This document shows positions 10,364 to 19,679 of a stretch of DNA of 64,000 nt, one piece after another; positions within the stretch are counted from its first letter, which is position 1, and the number at the start of each line of letters is the position of its first letter. A program made the translations under genes and the position numbers. A model generated the notes under the pieces. The model saw only the letters and a program-made list of their open reading frames with translations. It did no database searches and was not told the origin of the DNA. This stretch comes from Dehalococcoidia bacterium (GTDB lineage: Bacteria; Chloroflexota; Dehalococcoidia; Lucifugimonadales; UBA3495), in the NCBI GenBank assembly GCA_965199995.1, contig OZ241328.1, positions 524,316-588,315 of the forward strand, written 5' to 3'.

Positions 10364-11641
10364 CTACTCCATCCGGAGGACGTTGACGACGCAAGTGCCG
10401 CCGGTGCCGCCGACGTTGTGGGTCAGGCCCACCTCCAGTTTCGACTTCTTTGCCTGCCGTTCGCCGGCTTCGCCGCGGAGCTGGTGGTAGATTTCTACGA
10501 CCTGGCCCACGCCGGAGGCGCCGACGGGGTGACCTTTGGACTTGAGTCCGCCGGAGGTGTTGATGGGACGGTCGCCGTCGAGGGCGGTGCGGCCTTCATC
10601 CACAGCGCGGGGGCCTTCGCCCGGGGCGAAGAATCCCAAGTCTTCGCTGGCGACAATCTCGGCGATGGTGAAACAGTCGTGAACTTCGGCCACGTCTACG
10701 TCGCCGGCAGTTATGCCGGCCATCTCGTAAGCTTGGCGAGACGCTTCCTTCGCCGCCGACAGAGAGGTTAGCTCGTCGGCGTCATGCAGAGGCTTACCGG
10801 AGGCTTGGCCGAAGCCGGCCAGGGCTACCGGGCGGTCGGTAAAGTTATGGGCAATGGCGGCCGATACCAGCAGGATGCAGGACGCGCCGTCGGTGATGGG
10901 GGCGCAGTCGTAGAGGCGCAAGGGCCAGGCAATCCAAGGGTTGGCCTGTTCGTCGTGCAGGAAGTCCAGCTCACTCTGCCAGTCGGGAACAGGCTGGCCA
11001 CGCTGCTCGGCGCGGGCCTTGCGGCGGTCCATCATGTCCTGGATAGTGACGTTGAATTGAGCCTTGGGGTTGAGGGCGCCGTTGTTGTGATTCTTGATGC
11101 CAACCTTGAGCAGATGGTCGAGGTTGGTTTCATAGCGGTCCATATGGGCTTTGGCGATGGCTCCGAAGATGCCGGGGAAGGTGAGGCCGGCCGGGACTTC
11201 ATACAGGCCATCGGCGGCGGAGGCCAGGACGTCGGTTACGCCTTCGGTGGGGAGGTTGGTCATCTTTTCCATGCCACCGACGAGGACGATGTCGTACATA
11301 CCACTGGCGATGGCCATCACGCCCTCGCGCAGGGCGCTGCCGCTGCTGGCGCAGGCGTTCTCGATGCGAGTGATGGGGATGGGCGTCATGCCCAGCCAGT
11401 CGGCTACGATGGGCGCGGTGTGGCCTTGGGTCTCGAACAAATCCGACGAGTAGTTGCCGATATAGGCGCACTCTATGTCGTCAATGTCGAAGGGTTGATC
11501 CATGGTTTCCAGCATATCCTGGAAAGCCTCAACGAACAGGTCGCGGCTGTCCTTTTCAGGGAAGGCGCCGAACTGAGAGAGCCCGGCCCCCACGATTGCG
11601 ACTTGCCGCCCCAACTGACGCTTGCGTGTTGCCGTTGCCAT
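10364..11641 (-). CDS. thiolase-family protein (SCP-x-like acetyl-CoA acyltransferase)
   Basis: 425 aa. Active-site region ENACASSGSA and C-terminal GGLKSKGHPVGASG...NVGGTGG. Confidence 0.85.
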   Translation of the reverse strand: MATATRKRQLGRQVAIVGAGLSQFGAFPEKDSRDLFVEAFQDMLETMDQPFDIDDIECAYIGNYSSDLFETQGHTAPIVADWLGMTPIPITRIENACASSGSALREGVMAIASGMYDIVLVGGMEKMTNLPTEGVTDVLASAADGLYEVPAGLTFPGIFGAIAKAHMDRYETNLDHLLKVGIKNHNNGALNPKAQFNVTIQDMMDRRKARAEQRGQPVPDWQSELDFLHDEQANPWIAWPLRLYDCAPITDGASCILLVSAAIAHNFTDRPVALAGFGQASGKPLHDADELTSLSAAKEASRQAYEMAGITAGDVDVAEVHDCFTIAEIVASEDLGFFAPGEGPRAVDEGRTALDGDRPINTSGGLKSKGHPVGASGVGQVVEIYHQLRGEAGERQAKKSKLEVGLTHNVGGTGGTCVVNVLRME

Positions 11642-11815
11642 AGTGTCGCTCCTTTTATTGGTTGAGTTTTATCAGGGCCTATTTGAAAATTCCCCACTAC
11701 TGAGCCGGATAGTATCCCCAGCGGACGAGGTAATCGATACTGACAGGGGAATACTGAGGAATTTCCATCCATCCTGACCCTCATCCGCTAGGGGAGGAAC
11801 TGTTCCAACAGACCC

Positions 11816-12040
11816 TTAGGCGAACATTAGCCGGCGGCCTTTGGGTTCGGGGACTCGGTCGCCGTCCTCTTTAGCGGTTTCGATCCAGAGATGCATAACT
11901 TCTTGGATCATAGACAAGGTATCTTCAAGGGTTTCTCCGTCTGCCATACAACCTGGGAGTTCGGGCACTTCTGCGATGTAATGCCCGTCCTGCTCGCTCC
12001 AGTAGATGATTATTTCGTATTTCAGGCCAGCCAATCCCAA
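11816..12040 (-). CDS. hicB: HicB-family antitoxin
   Basis: 74 aa. KYEIIIYWSEQDGHYIAEVPELPGCMADGETLEDTL is typical of the HicB N-terminal domain. TTG start. Confidence 0.75.
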   Translation of the reverse strand: MGLAGLKYEIIIYWSEQDGHYIAEVPELPGCMADGETLEDTLSMIQEVMHLWIETAKEDGDRVPEPKGRRLMFA

Positions 12041-12296
12041 ATCCGTATTTGAAGAATATGGCCCTTAACTGCCGTACTTGGTACTTTTTAGCCATGCCGT
12101 GGAGCGATTGTAAGTCAATTCTCTCTTCTATCCCGCGCCTTCGGTAGATATGGTGGCTGCCTCTGATTCTTTCTTGGAAGCCCAATCGCGCCAGCAAGCG
12201 GTGCAGTTCCTCGAACCGGATATTGGCGTCTGCTGCGCCGCTTAGAATGCGCCTTAAAAGCCGGTCATTTCGTCGAGGGCGATTGCCGCTAGTCAT
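11925..12296 (-). CDS. hicA: HicA-family toxin (ORF extends ~48 codons beyond the usual end and overlaps hicB)
   Basis: LLARLGFQERIRGSHHIY...KKYQVRQLRAIFFKYGF matches the HicA/YcfA fold. The family-typical end would fall near 12070. Confidence 0.6.
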   Translation of the reverse strand: MTSGNRPRRNDRLLRRILSGAADANIRFEELHRLLARLGFQERIRGSHHIYRRRGIEERIDLQSLHGMAKKYQVRQLRAIFFKYGFGIGWPEIRNNHLLERAGRALHRRSARTPRLYGRRRNP

Positions 12297-12373
12297 TATC
12301 GTTGCCTTGTTAATGGAGCGTCAACCGGATTGCGCCCTGAGGGTATGAGCTCGTGGGATTTGGGCTGTATTGG

Positions 12374-13822
12374 TTACTCCGCCGTGGAGATGCCGCCAGA
12401 ACCCTCGTCTACGTACAGTGCGCTGCCGACACGGGAAAGAGTGATGGTCTGGGTGTAGGCTCCCTCAGGGAGGGTGCACTGGGCGCTGTGGGATGCCGTT
12501 TGCCAGTCAACTGCGTCCGGCCCGTCGCGAAGGGCCTCGTGGAGGACTCTGCCCTGCATGGACTCGCCGCCGGGAATACCCAGGAGATGCAGGACGGTGG
12601 GGGCTAGATCGGCGTTGCCGGTGGGAGTGGCTACGGCGGAGGACTGCTGGAAGCCCGGCCCCCGGGCGAAGAAGACGTTTCGGGTTTCGTGGCGGCTCAT
12701 GGAGCCGTGCTGTCCGAGGCTGGGGGCGAGGTTGGTGGAGTAGGCGTGGCCGTCGAATCCGGCGCCGTTGGGGGCGGAGTTCCAGCGGAAGGACATAGCG
12801 ATGCTCGGCGCGCGCGGGCCTTCGAGACCGATAAGGGCAGCGGGCAGGGCGCCGGGGACATCTCCGGCGGCTTCCGACGCGACAAGAGCGCCGCACCAGG
12901 GTTGCACGAAAAGCCACTGAGCCAATCGGGCAGTCGTTGTTTCGGTGTCGGAGGGGGCGTAAAACAGCACTGAGCCGCCGTTGGGGGCGACGGCGACGCC
13001 GCCCGGCTCGGTGGCGGCAGGAAATCCTGCTTGGCGCAGTTCGGCTTCGATATCTACGACTTCGGATATTGAGGAATAGCCGTGGTCGGAGACTGCGATG
13101 ACGTCCGTTTCGCCGGCTCTCCCGTTCCCGTCGAGCCATGCCAGCAGCCGCCCGAACTGGAGGTCGACCTCCGCGATGGCGCGGACGGCTTCGGCAGAGC
13201 CAACGCCGTGGGCGTGTTGAGATGAGTCAGGCTCGGAGAACCAGAGAAGGGATGCGGCCGGCCGACGCATCTCCAGAACATATTGGGTGAAGATTTCTAA
13301 TGCTCGGGATAGCTTGGCGGAGCTGGGTTCCCGGCGGTCGGGCCATAGACCGAACATGGCGGTAATTTCACCGTGCAAGGGGCGAGGAAGGCAGAAATCC
13401 GGGTGAATGGTTGCGCCGGCGCCCGAATCTGCGCCGGGATTTTGCAGATAAGCGTTGCCCGAGGTACCTGTGCCTACCGCGATGTACTCGTGGCCGTGTT
13501 GATGGAGAATGTCGCCCAGCGTAGGTTTCAGCAGGATGGGATGCCGACTGGCGACTTGCGTCAGCGTCGGCTCCAGAGCGCCGATGGCGTTGTGAGGGTC
13601 GAACTCGGGGATGACCAGCATATTCCCCGTCAGACCGTGCGCGCCGGGGTGATGGCCGGTGACAATGCTGGCCACGTTGGCGCGGGTAACGGTGGGGAAA
13701 ACGGCGTGGTGGTTGTTGCCGGCCACGCCCTCGTTGGCGAAACGGGACAGGTTGGGCATCATCCCTGGAGTTACCTGGGCGGGTTGAAGGCCGTCGAAGA
13801 CGACTATAATCACGTTTTTCAT
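12374..13822 (-). CDS. alkaline phosphatase / nucleotide pyrophosphatase-phosphodiesterase family protein
   Basis: The start was moved to MKNVIIVVFDGLQP at 13822, which overlaps the upstream stop as TGATG. TVTRANVASIVTGHHPGAHG and VSDHGY motifs. Confidence 0.8.
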   Translation of the reverse strand: MKNVIIVVFDGLQPAQVTPGMMPNLSRFANEGVAGNNHHAVFPTVTRANVASIVTGHHPGAHGLTGNMLVIPEFDPHNAIGALEPTLTQVASRHPILLKPTLGDILHQHGHEYIAVGTGTSGNAYLQNPGADSGAGATIHPDFCLPRPLHGEITAMFGLWPDRREPSSAKLSRALEIFTQYVLEMRRPAASLLWFSEPDSSQHAHGVGSAEAVRAIAEVDLQFGRLLAWLDGNGRAGETDVIAVSDHGYSSISEVVDIEAELRQAGFPAATEPGGVAVAPNGGSVLFYAPSDTETTTARLAQWLFVQPWCGALVASEAAGDVPGALPAALIGLEGPRAPSIAMSFRWNSAPNGAGFDGHAYSTNLAPSLGQHGSMSRHETRNVFFARGPGFQQSSAVATPTGNADLAPTVLHLLGIPGGESMQGRVLHEALRDGPDAVDWQTASHSAQCTLPEGAYTQTITLSRVGSALYVDEGSGGISTAE

Positions 13823-14913
13823 CAGTTGCCGTTTACGTCCATTATGGCGGCTTGGCACATCGAAGCGCCTTGCAGAACTTCGGCTATCAGCGCCGTTTCC
13901 CAAGTAGTATGGAAGGAACGGACGCCGATACCGACAGGCAAGGCGACGATTCCTCGCTCAATGAACACATTGGCGTCGGAGCCGCCGCCGGAGGCTTCCA
14001 GCACCGGGGCGAGGCCAAGAGGTTCGAGGGCCCGGCCAATGGAAGCCACAGTTTCGTGTTGCGGCTCGACTCGATAGGCTTGGTAGGTGTTGCGAATGGC
14101 GAGTTCGATGCGGGCGTCAGGGTAGCGAGCGGCGGTCTCATCGAATACTTTGCGGAATTGGCCTTCCAGCCAGGACAATTTGTCGTTGCTGCGGCTTCGG
14201 AATTCGCCATCCAGAGAGGCGCGCTCGGGGATGATGTTGCGCTTGAGGCCGCCTTCCAGCCAGCCGATGTTGGCGGTAGTCTCGGAGTCTATGCGGCCAA
14301 GGGGCAGGCGGGTGAGGATGTCGGCGGTTACCAAGAGAGCGGACAGCCCGTTTTCCGGCTCTAGGCCGGCGTGGGCGGCGCGGCCCACGATTTCGGCGGT
14401 CACGACGTTTTGGGACGGGGCCGATACAATGACGCGGTTGGGAGGGCCTTCGCCGTCGAACACGATTCCGGATTTGGCGGTCAACCGGCTGAAGTCCATA
14501 TTACGCACGCCGACTAGTCCGCCTTCCTCGTGGCGGGAAAAGGCGACTTCGACGGCGCGGTGCGTACCGCCGGACTCGGCGACGCCGGCTAGGGCCTCCA
14601 ATACGATGGCGACGCCGGCCTTGCAATCGCCGCCGAGAATGGTTGTGCCATCGGAGCGCAGGGTGTCGCCATCCAGTTGCGGCTGGATGCCCCGTCCCGG
14701 CTCAACGGTGTCGAGATGGGCGGACAGCAGCAAAGGCTGGCCCACCCCTTCAAGCCGGGCGATGATGTTGTTGTAGGAGTCATGCTCGACGGTCAGGCCG
14801 AGGGCCGATAGACGGGCGCTTACCGCCTGGTCTATGGCGTCTTCCTCCCCGCTGGGACTGTCTATCCTGATGAGGTCAATCAGCGTTTCTATAAGGCGTT
14901 GACGGTCTGGCAT
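13822..14913 (-). CDS. M20-family metallopeptidase (PepT-like)
   Basis: ATG at 14913 with an AAGGAG RBS. HLDTVEPG, GGDCKAG and HEEGG metal/catalytic motifs. Confidence 0.8.
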   Translation of the reverse strand: MPDRQRLIETLIDLIRIDSPSGEEDAIDQAVSARLSALGLTVEHDSYNNIIARLEGVGQPLLLSAHLDTVEPGRGIQPQLDGDTLRSDGTTILGGDCKAGVAIVLEALAGVAESGGTHRAVEVAFSRHEEGGLVGVRNMDFSRLTAKSGIVFDGEGPPNRVIVSAPSQNVVTAEIVGRAAHAGLEPENGLSALLVTADILTRLPLGRIDSETTANIGWLEGGLKRNIIPERASLDGEFRSRSNDKLSWLEGQFRKVFDETAARYPDARIELAIRNTYQAYRVEPQHETVASIGRALEPLGLAPVLEASGGGSDANVFIERGIVALPVGIGVRSFHTTWETALIAEVLQGASMCQAAIMDVNGN

Positions 14914-15038
14914 GGCGCTGCTCCTTGCTGTTGGATGGATTGGGTTCCCGCTCTCCGTTTTCACGGGGACAATCTTCGCGTGGAGGACTCTTTCGGGATA
15001 CCGACAAGTTCAGCCCTTGCTATTGGATTCCCGCTTTC

Positions 15039-15240
15039 GCGGGAATGACGGTGTGGTAGGCGGGAATGACGGTGTGGTAGGCGGGAATGATGGTGTGGTA
15101 GGCGGGAATGACGGTGTGGTAGGCGGGAATGACGGTGTGGTAGGCGGGAATGACGGTGTGGTAGGCGGGAATGACGGTGTGGTAGGCGGGAATGACGGTG
15201 TGGTAGGCGGGAATGACGGTGTGGTAGGCGGGAATGACGG
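15039..15240. repeat. 21-bp tandem repeat, ~9.7 copies (unit gcgggaatgacggtgtggtag)
   Basis: Nine full units starting at 15039, one with a C>T variant (15081-15101), plus a partial tenth. The array is contiguous with the REP hairpin at 15025-15050. Confidence 0.95.
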
Positions 15241-15306
15241 TGGCGGGCGGGAATCCCGTGATGGATTGGGAATGACATGGGAGAATCGGAATCACCTTTT
15301 GGCGGG

Positions 15307-18300
15307 TTATGGGCTGCGAATGCGAGCGAAACCTAGTATGTCGGTGTGCTTCCTGATGTAAGGAGTTCTGCTTTCGTCCGGGAATCCCAAGACTAAAATG
15401 GTATAGTCCGACGGTTCGCCTAGAGCCGCCGGGAAAGGAAACTCGACGGTGAAGGTCCGGGTTTCCGGGTAGTAGTTGTGCGTGGATGCTGCGGCGTCTG
15501 CCGGGTTTAGAATCCAATTGTCGCCCGGAAGGATGGAGCCGACGTACCCCCCGCCGTCCGCGGAGTATATCGTGAAATTGGAGTAATACAGCCCCTCGCT
15601 GGACGGGTTTTTGAGATTCACATCTTGGAATACCGCATCGCCCAGCAGCTTTCCTTCCAGCTTCACGGTACGTCCGTTGTATACGGGAAATTGCAGCCAT
15701 TCTACCAGACCATGATTCCGGTACGCCCCGGCATCGTCATAGGGGCGGTTCTCCGGCGCGTTCAGTCTGCCGGACCAGTGCTTATTGATGATGGCAGTCT
15801 GGCCGTGGAATGCCTGCCGTATCTCGGAGATGCCGGGGGGATCGTCTGGGTCCTCGGCTTCGAGAGACAGTTGATAAAGCTGGCGCAACCTTTGCTCGAA
15901 TTCGGCCTGGCCCATTGTTTCGAGCAGTTCCTGAAACAGCAACTGGCCCAAGTAATAATTGCAGTAGAATTGCGCGCTGTCCCTGCCAGGGTCAAGGGTT
16001 GCCAGCGTTTGCAAGTCTGGGGTTTCGCAGTCTTGCCGGTTGGCTTGCAACAGCCCGGGGCTTAATCCCGCTTCGACGCCGTAGATATGCTCGGTGACGT
16101 TGGCTAGGCCTTCGTCAATCCAGTCTGCGTTTCTTCGCCAGAAATAATGGGAGACTTCGTGGGTGACGCCCGACCGGAAGAGGTGCCTGCCGAGGGGGGT
16201 CTCATCGCTTTCCATCTCGGGAAGGTAGCTGAAGGCGAAGCCGAAGTTTACGCCGGCGGCTCCGCTGAAGACCGCGTGTTGGTTCAGCACTACAATCACG
16301 TGGCTTACGGTCAGCGGTAACTGCATCATCCCTTCGACTAATTCCACTGCGTCCCGCACGATCTTTGGGGTGCCAGGCTGAGGTTGTGTTCCGGTGCGGA
16401 CGATGCTGATTTTCAGGTCGGGGGAGCGGGTAGTTCCGGCGGAGACGGATTGGACTTTTGCGTAGCCGGGGTTGAGGAGGCGCTGGACTTCCTGGCGGTT
16501 CTTGAGGGTGCCGGCTGCCGCTACCAGGGTAGTCTGGGCGTCGGTGAATCCCATCTGCCCCTCCGGAGTATCCATCAGGGCGGACAGCAGGCCGTCATAC
16601 TCCAGGCTTTTCATAGCCTGCACCGCCAGCAGGTCATCGTATTCCAGGGATTCCAGGAAGGGCATGGCGATGATTTTTCTTACCGCATCGGGGTCATCAA
16701 GGGCGATCCAGTGCAAGTGCTTTAAAGTTTCTTCTTCCGACTCCGTGATGTCGTCTTGCACCCAGGGCAGGTTCAAGGCGTTTCTCAGATTGTCGAGGTC
16801 GTTGGCGCCTATGTAGAGCAGATCGTCTATATTCTCGCGCTCGCTTTCGGTCAGGCCGTCCGTAGCCCAGGGGAAGGACTGAATTTGCTCGTAGAGGTCG
16901 GGGTGTTGGCCTTTCAGCCATCGGGTGTTCTGAGTGTCGTATTGGGAGAACTCCATTGCGCCGGGCGCCAGTGTCGGCGCGGGCGTTGTTTCAGGCATGG
17001 CAGCGGGCGTTGCTGTCGGCATAGGCGTTGGTTCGGGCGTGGCGATGCGGGGAGTAGGCGATGGTGTAGCTGCCGGAGTAGGCGGCAATACCGGTGCTGG
17101 AGTCGGCATAGGCGAGAGCATTGCCGGGGAAGATAGAATGTCAATGGCCGAAAGGGTCTCCGAATCGCCGCACTGGTTGGCGTTACTATCCCAAACCGCC
17201 GGCGTCTCTACCGCCAGCACCAGGTTGCGGTAATTTTTCAGGCTGGGGCCATTCAGCTTGACCGTCGCCTCAAAAATTCCGTCGGCTGTCGTGCGTTGGC
17301 TGGTGACTTCCGCGAAGGTCGATTCGGTCCAGAATCTGCCGCTGGGCAACAAAGGGCTTATGAGGTCAATGTAATGGTAGCTGCCCGCGCTGTATTCATA
17401 TAGATGGAATTGGCCACAGTATCCATCCTGATAAGTTAGCCGTACAGCGCCGGGGGAAGCCTGGCCGGCAAATTGCATCGTGTCGCCGGTTATCGCAGGC
17501 GGAACAGACCACTGGATGGCGTTCAAATGATAGTGTTCGACTACTTTGAGGCCCTCCGGTATCCGGCCGGACACGACAGGAATCTCCGAGAAGGTCTCGC
17601 TGGGAAGGCAGAATCCATCCGGCCCGAGCCCGACGCGGCTTTCTAATGTCAGATGAAGGTTTCCGGCCTCCGCTAGGGACTTATGGTTGATTCGGGCGGT
17701 TATGCTGAATTGGCCCGTAGCCGGGTTAATCCGGCCATTTATGACGGCTGCCCCGGGGATTTCGTGATAATACCAGCCTACCAGCAGAGGCTCTGCAACG
17801 CCGGCTGCCCAGTCCCGTTGACCGCTGCCCCGATACAGTTGGAACTGGGAGCAGTAGGGATTGTCCTTCAGGATGAATTCCTCCAGCAGGCTAGGACTGC
17901 TGATTTCGCCGGCGAAGTGCAGGTATTCGCCGTCTATTGTGGGAGGGAAAGTCCAGGTCACGCTGCCGGATTGCCGGTCGTTTGCTACCGGCGTGGATGT
18001 TGGCGCTGGAGTGGGGGTAGCAGGGGGTGCCGGAGTCGGCTTTGAGGTTTGCGCCGGAACGGGCGGGGACGTCGGCGTCGCTACATTAGCCGCTAGCTGT
18101 GGCTTGGCGCTGGGCGTAGCGGTGTTTGCAGGAGGGGCGGGGGTGTCCTCGGGAGCCGGATTCGTTGGTGTTGCCGTGGCTACAACAGTAACGGTAACTG
18201 CCTCCGGCGGGGCGGTCGCAGCGTCATTGGCCGGTTGCGGAGCGTCGTCGGCGCAGGCGGTCAACACAGCCGCCAGACTGAATAACACCGCCAATGCCAG

Positions 18301-18318
18301 GAGGATTCGGAAAATCAT
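15307..18318 (-). CDS. secreted lipoprotein, putative zinc metallopeptidase with Pro/Thr-rich linkers and duplicated N-terminal domains
   Basis: 1003 aa. Signal peptide plus lipobox (AAVLTAC), two PT-rich linkers, an internal duplication (aa ~119-250 and ~268-395), and HEVSH (HEXXH) at aa 720-724 (nt 16147-16161). Confidence 0.65.
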   Translation of the reverse strand: MIFRILLALAVLFSLAAVLTACADDAPQPANDAATAPPEAVTVTVVATATPTNPAPEDTPAPPANTATPSAKPQLAANVATPTSPPVPAQTSKPTPAPPATPTPAPTSTPVANDRQSGSVTWTFPPTIDGEYLHFAGEISSPSLLEEFILKDNPYCSQFQLYRGSGQRDWAAGVAEPLLVGWYYHEIPGAAVINGRINPATGQFSITARINHKSLAEAGNLHLTLESRVGLGPDGFCLPSETFSEIPVVSGRIPEGLKVVEHYHLNAIQWSVPPAITGDTMQFAGQASPGAVRLTYQDGYCGQFHLYEYSAGSYHYIDLISPLLPSGRFWTESTFAEVTSQRTTADGIFEATVKLNGPSLKNYRNLVLAVETPAVWDSNANQCGDSETLSAIDILSSPAMLSPMPTPAPVLPPTPAATPSPTPRIATPEPTPMPTATPAAMPETTPAPTLAPGAMEFSQYDTQNTRWLKGQHPDLYEQIQSFPWATDGLTESERENIDDLLYIGANDLDNLRNALNLPWVQDDITESEEETLKHLHWIALDDPDAVRKIIAMPFLESLEYDDLLAVQAMKSLEYDGLLSALMDTPEGQMGFTDAQTTLVAAAGTLKNRQEVQRLLNPGYAKVQSVSAGTTRSPDLKISIVRTGTQPQPGTPKIVRDAVELVEGMMQLPLTVSHVIVVLNQHAVFSGAAGVNFGFAFSYLPEMESDETPLGRHLFRSGVTHEVSHYFWRRNADWIDEGLANVTEHIYGVEAGLSPGLLQANRQDCETPDLQTLATLDPGRDSAQFYCNYYLGQLLFQELLETMGQAEFEQRLRQLYQLSLEAEDPDDPPGISEIRQAFHGQTAIINKHWSGRLNAPENRPYDDAGAYRNHGLVEWLQFPVYNGRTVKLEGKLLGDAVFQDVNLKNPSSEGLYYSNFTIYSADGGGYVGSILPGDNWILNPADAAASTHNYYPETRTFTVEFPFPAALGEPSDYTILVLGFPDESRTPYIRKHTDILGFARIRSP

Positions 18319-18330
18319 AGAAAGGGTGTT

Positions 18331-19095
18331 CTATTCATACAGTTGCGGGGCTCCGGCGGGATTGGGAAAGGTGTCGTCGTGGCCCAAAGCCCAGTAGACC
18401 GCTTTGACCAAGGAGCGGCTGTTGTCGGCGCCGCTGAAGCGATGGTCGCAACCTGGGACAGGACGGCCGGTCAGGGAGCGGGCGGACAGGGGACCGACGC
18501 TGACCACGTAGGCCAGCATTCCTGCGGGCGGGTCCTGGCTGCCATAGGCCATAAAGATGTCGCCGGTGAAGAGAGGGATGCCATCGTAGAACGGGTCGCC
18601 AACGCTGTCGTAAGTTGACAAGAGAAGCAACTGCTTCACTTGCGGATAGCGGAAGGCCACAGCACCCACCGCGGAGCCGCCTGAGGAAAAGCCGGCCATG
18701 CAGACTTCCGGCGATTCCGCTCCGCAGAGGGCCGGGCCCCGCCGGAGCGACCAGTCGGCGACATGGTGAACGCTCTCCATAAGAATGCGGTTCCAGCTTG
18801 CTCCGCGATAGGAATAGGCCTCCCATTCCAGTTGCACCTGAAAGTCGGGGCGCGGTGCGTTGTAGGTCACGGTGGCGCACAATCCTAGTTCGCGCAGATG
18901 TTCTGCCAGCTTTCGCCAGCGGTCGTGCCTGCCGTCCTTCAGCTCGCCGGAGCCTGGCGATATCATGAGGAGCTTGCCGGAATCGCAAGGGTAGGCCGTA
19001 ACCGGGATTTCGTAATCTACCGGCTGACCTTCCGGCGTGGCAGTGCGCCGCTGGAGAACAGTGTCAATTACTTTCAAGATTTGTCCTTGCCACAA
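18331..19095 (-). CDS. alpha/beta hydrolase
   Basis: 254 aa with a nucleophile elbow GFSSGG. Confidence 0.55.
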   Translation of the reverse strand: MWQGQILKVIDTVLQRRTATPEGQPVDYEIPVTAYPCDSGKLLMISPGSGELKDGRHDRWRKLAEHLRELGLCATVTYNAPRPDFQVQLEWEAYSYRGASWNRILMESVHHVADWSLRRGPALCGAESPEVCMAGFSSGGSAVGAVAFRYPQVKQLLLLSTYDSVGDPFYDGIPLFTGDIFMAYGSQDPPAGMLAYVVSVGPLSARSLTGRPVPGCDHRFSGADNSRSLVKAVYWALGHDDTFPNPAGAPQLYE

Positions 19096-19130
19096 ACCCT
19101 GTCCGACTAAGGAGAGGGAGCCGTTCTGCG

Positions 19131-19547
19131 CTATGGCAGAGCGGCGACGGCCTTGATTTCCACCAGGAACTCTTCGCGCACCAGGCCGTCCACGACCAGC
19201 AGAGTATTGGGTGGATAGTCGCCGTCGGGGAATATGTCGGGAAAGACCTGGTTGCGCCCCTCGATGAAGCTCGCCACCGAGGCGCGTCCGACCACGTAAG
19301 TGGTGAACTCGACCACGTTGCTGAACCCGGCGCCAGCCGCCTCCAGAACGAGGCCGATGTTCTGAAGCACTTGGCGCGTTTGCGCTGCGGCGTCGCCCGG
19401 CCCCACCAGCTCGCCTGCCGGGTTCACCCCGACCTGGCCGGCGACATATACCAGCCGTCCGGCGGTTACTGTCATACCCACCGAGTAGGCGCCCAGGGGT
19501 GGGGGAGCCTTGTCACTGATTACGGCCGCTCTCTGCAAATCTGCCAT
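19131..19547 (-). CDS. RidA/YjgF family protein
   Basis: 138 aa. APPPLGAYS...VYVAGQVG...VEIKAVA is typical of RidA. Confidence 0.85.
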   Translation of the reverse strand: MADLQRAAVISDKAPPPLGAYSVGMTVTAGRLVYVAGQVGVNPAGELVGPGDAAAQTRQVLQNIGLVLEAAGAGFSNVVEFTTYVVGRASVASFIEGRNQVFPDIFPDGDYPPNTLLVVDGLVREEFLVEIKAVAALP

Positions 19548-19610
19548 TGCTGCTCTCGCCTCCGAATCAATCTGTCGAGGCCATTATAGGCTACAGAGGG
19601 CATTTCCGCT

Positions 19611-19662
19611 TCCTTGGGGCAAAGAACCCTTGGGGCAAAGAACCCTTGGGGCAAAGAACCCT
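19611..19662. repeat. 16-bp tandem repeat x ~3.2 (cccttggggcaaagaa)
   Basis: Units at 19611, 19627 and 19643 plus a partial unit, immediately upstream of an extended -10 (TGCTATACT, 19664-19672). Confidence 0.9.
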
Positions 19663-19679
19663 GTGCTATACTCGCCGGG

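Noticed and set aside
12507-13139. Arg-rich 210-aa ORF and other overlapping ORFs inside the phosphodiesterase gene.
   Set aside because: They are out-of-frame shadows of a well-supported CDS with extreme Arg/Pro composition.
15039-15240. Possible CRISPR arrays at 15039-15240 and 50154-50830.
   Set aside because: The repeats are directly contiguous with no unique spacers, the units are only 15-21 bp, and there are no cas genes in the window.
14912-15700. ORFs across the 21-bp array (GNDGVVG and HRHSRLP repeat peptides).
   Set aside because: The same artefact applies, because the period is a multiple of 3. The ORFs overlap the real M20 and metalloprotease gene ends, and no RBS is present.
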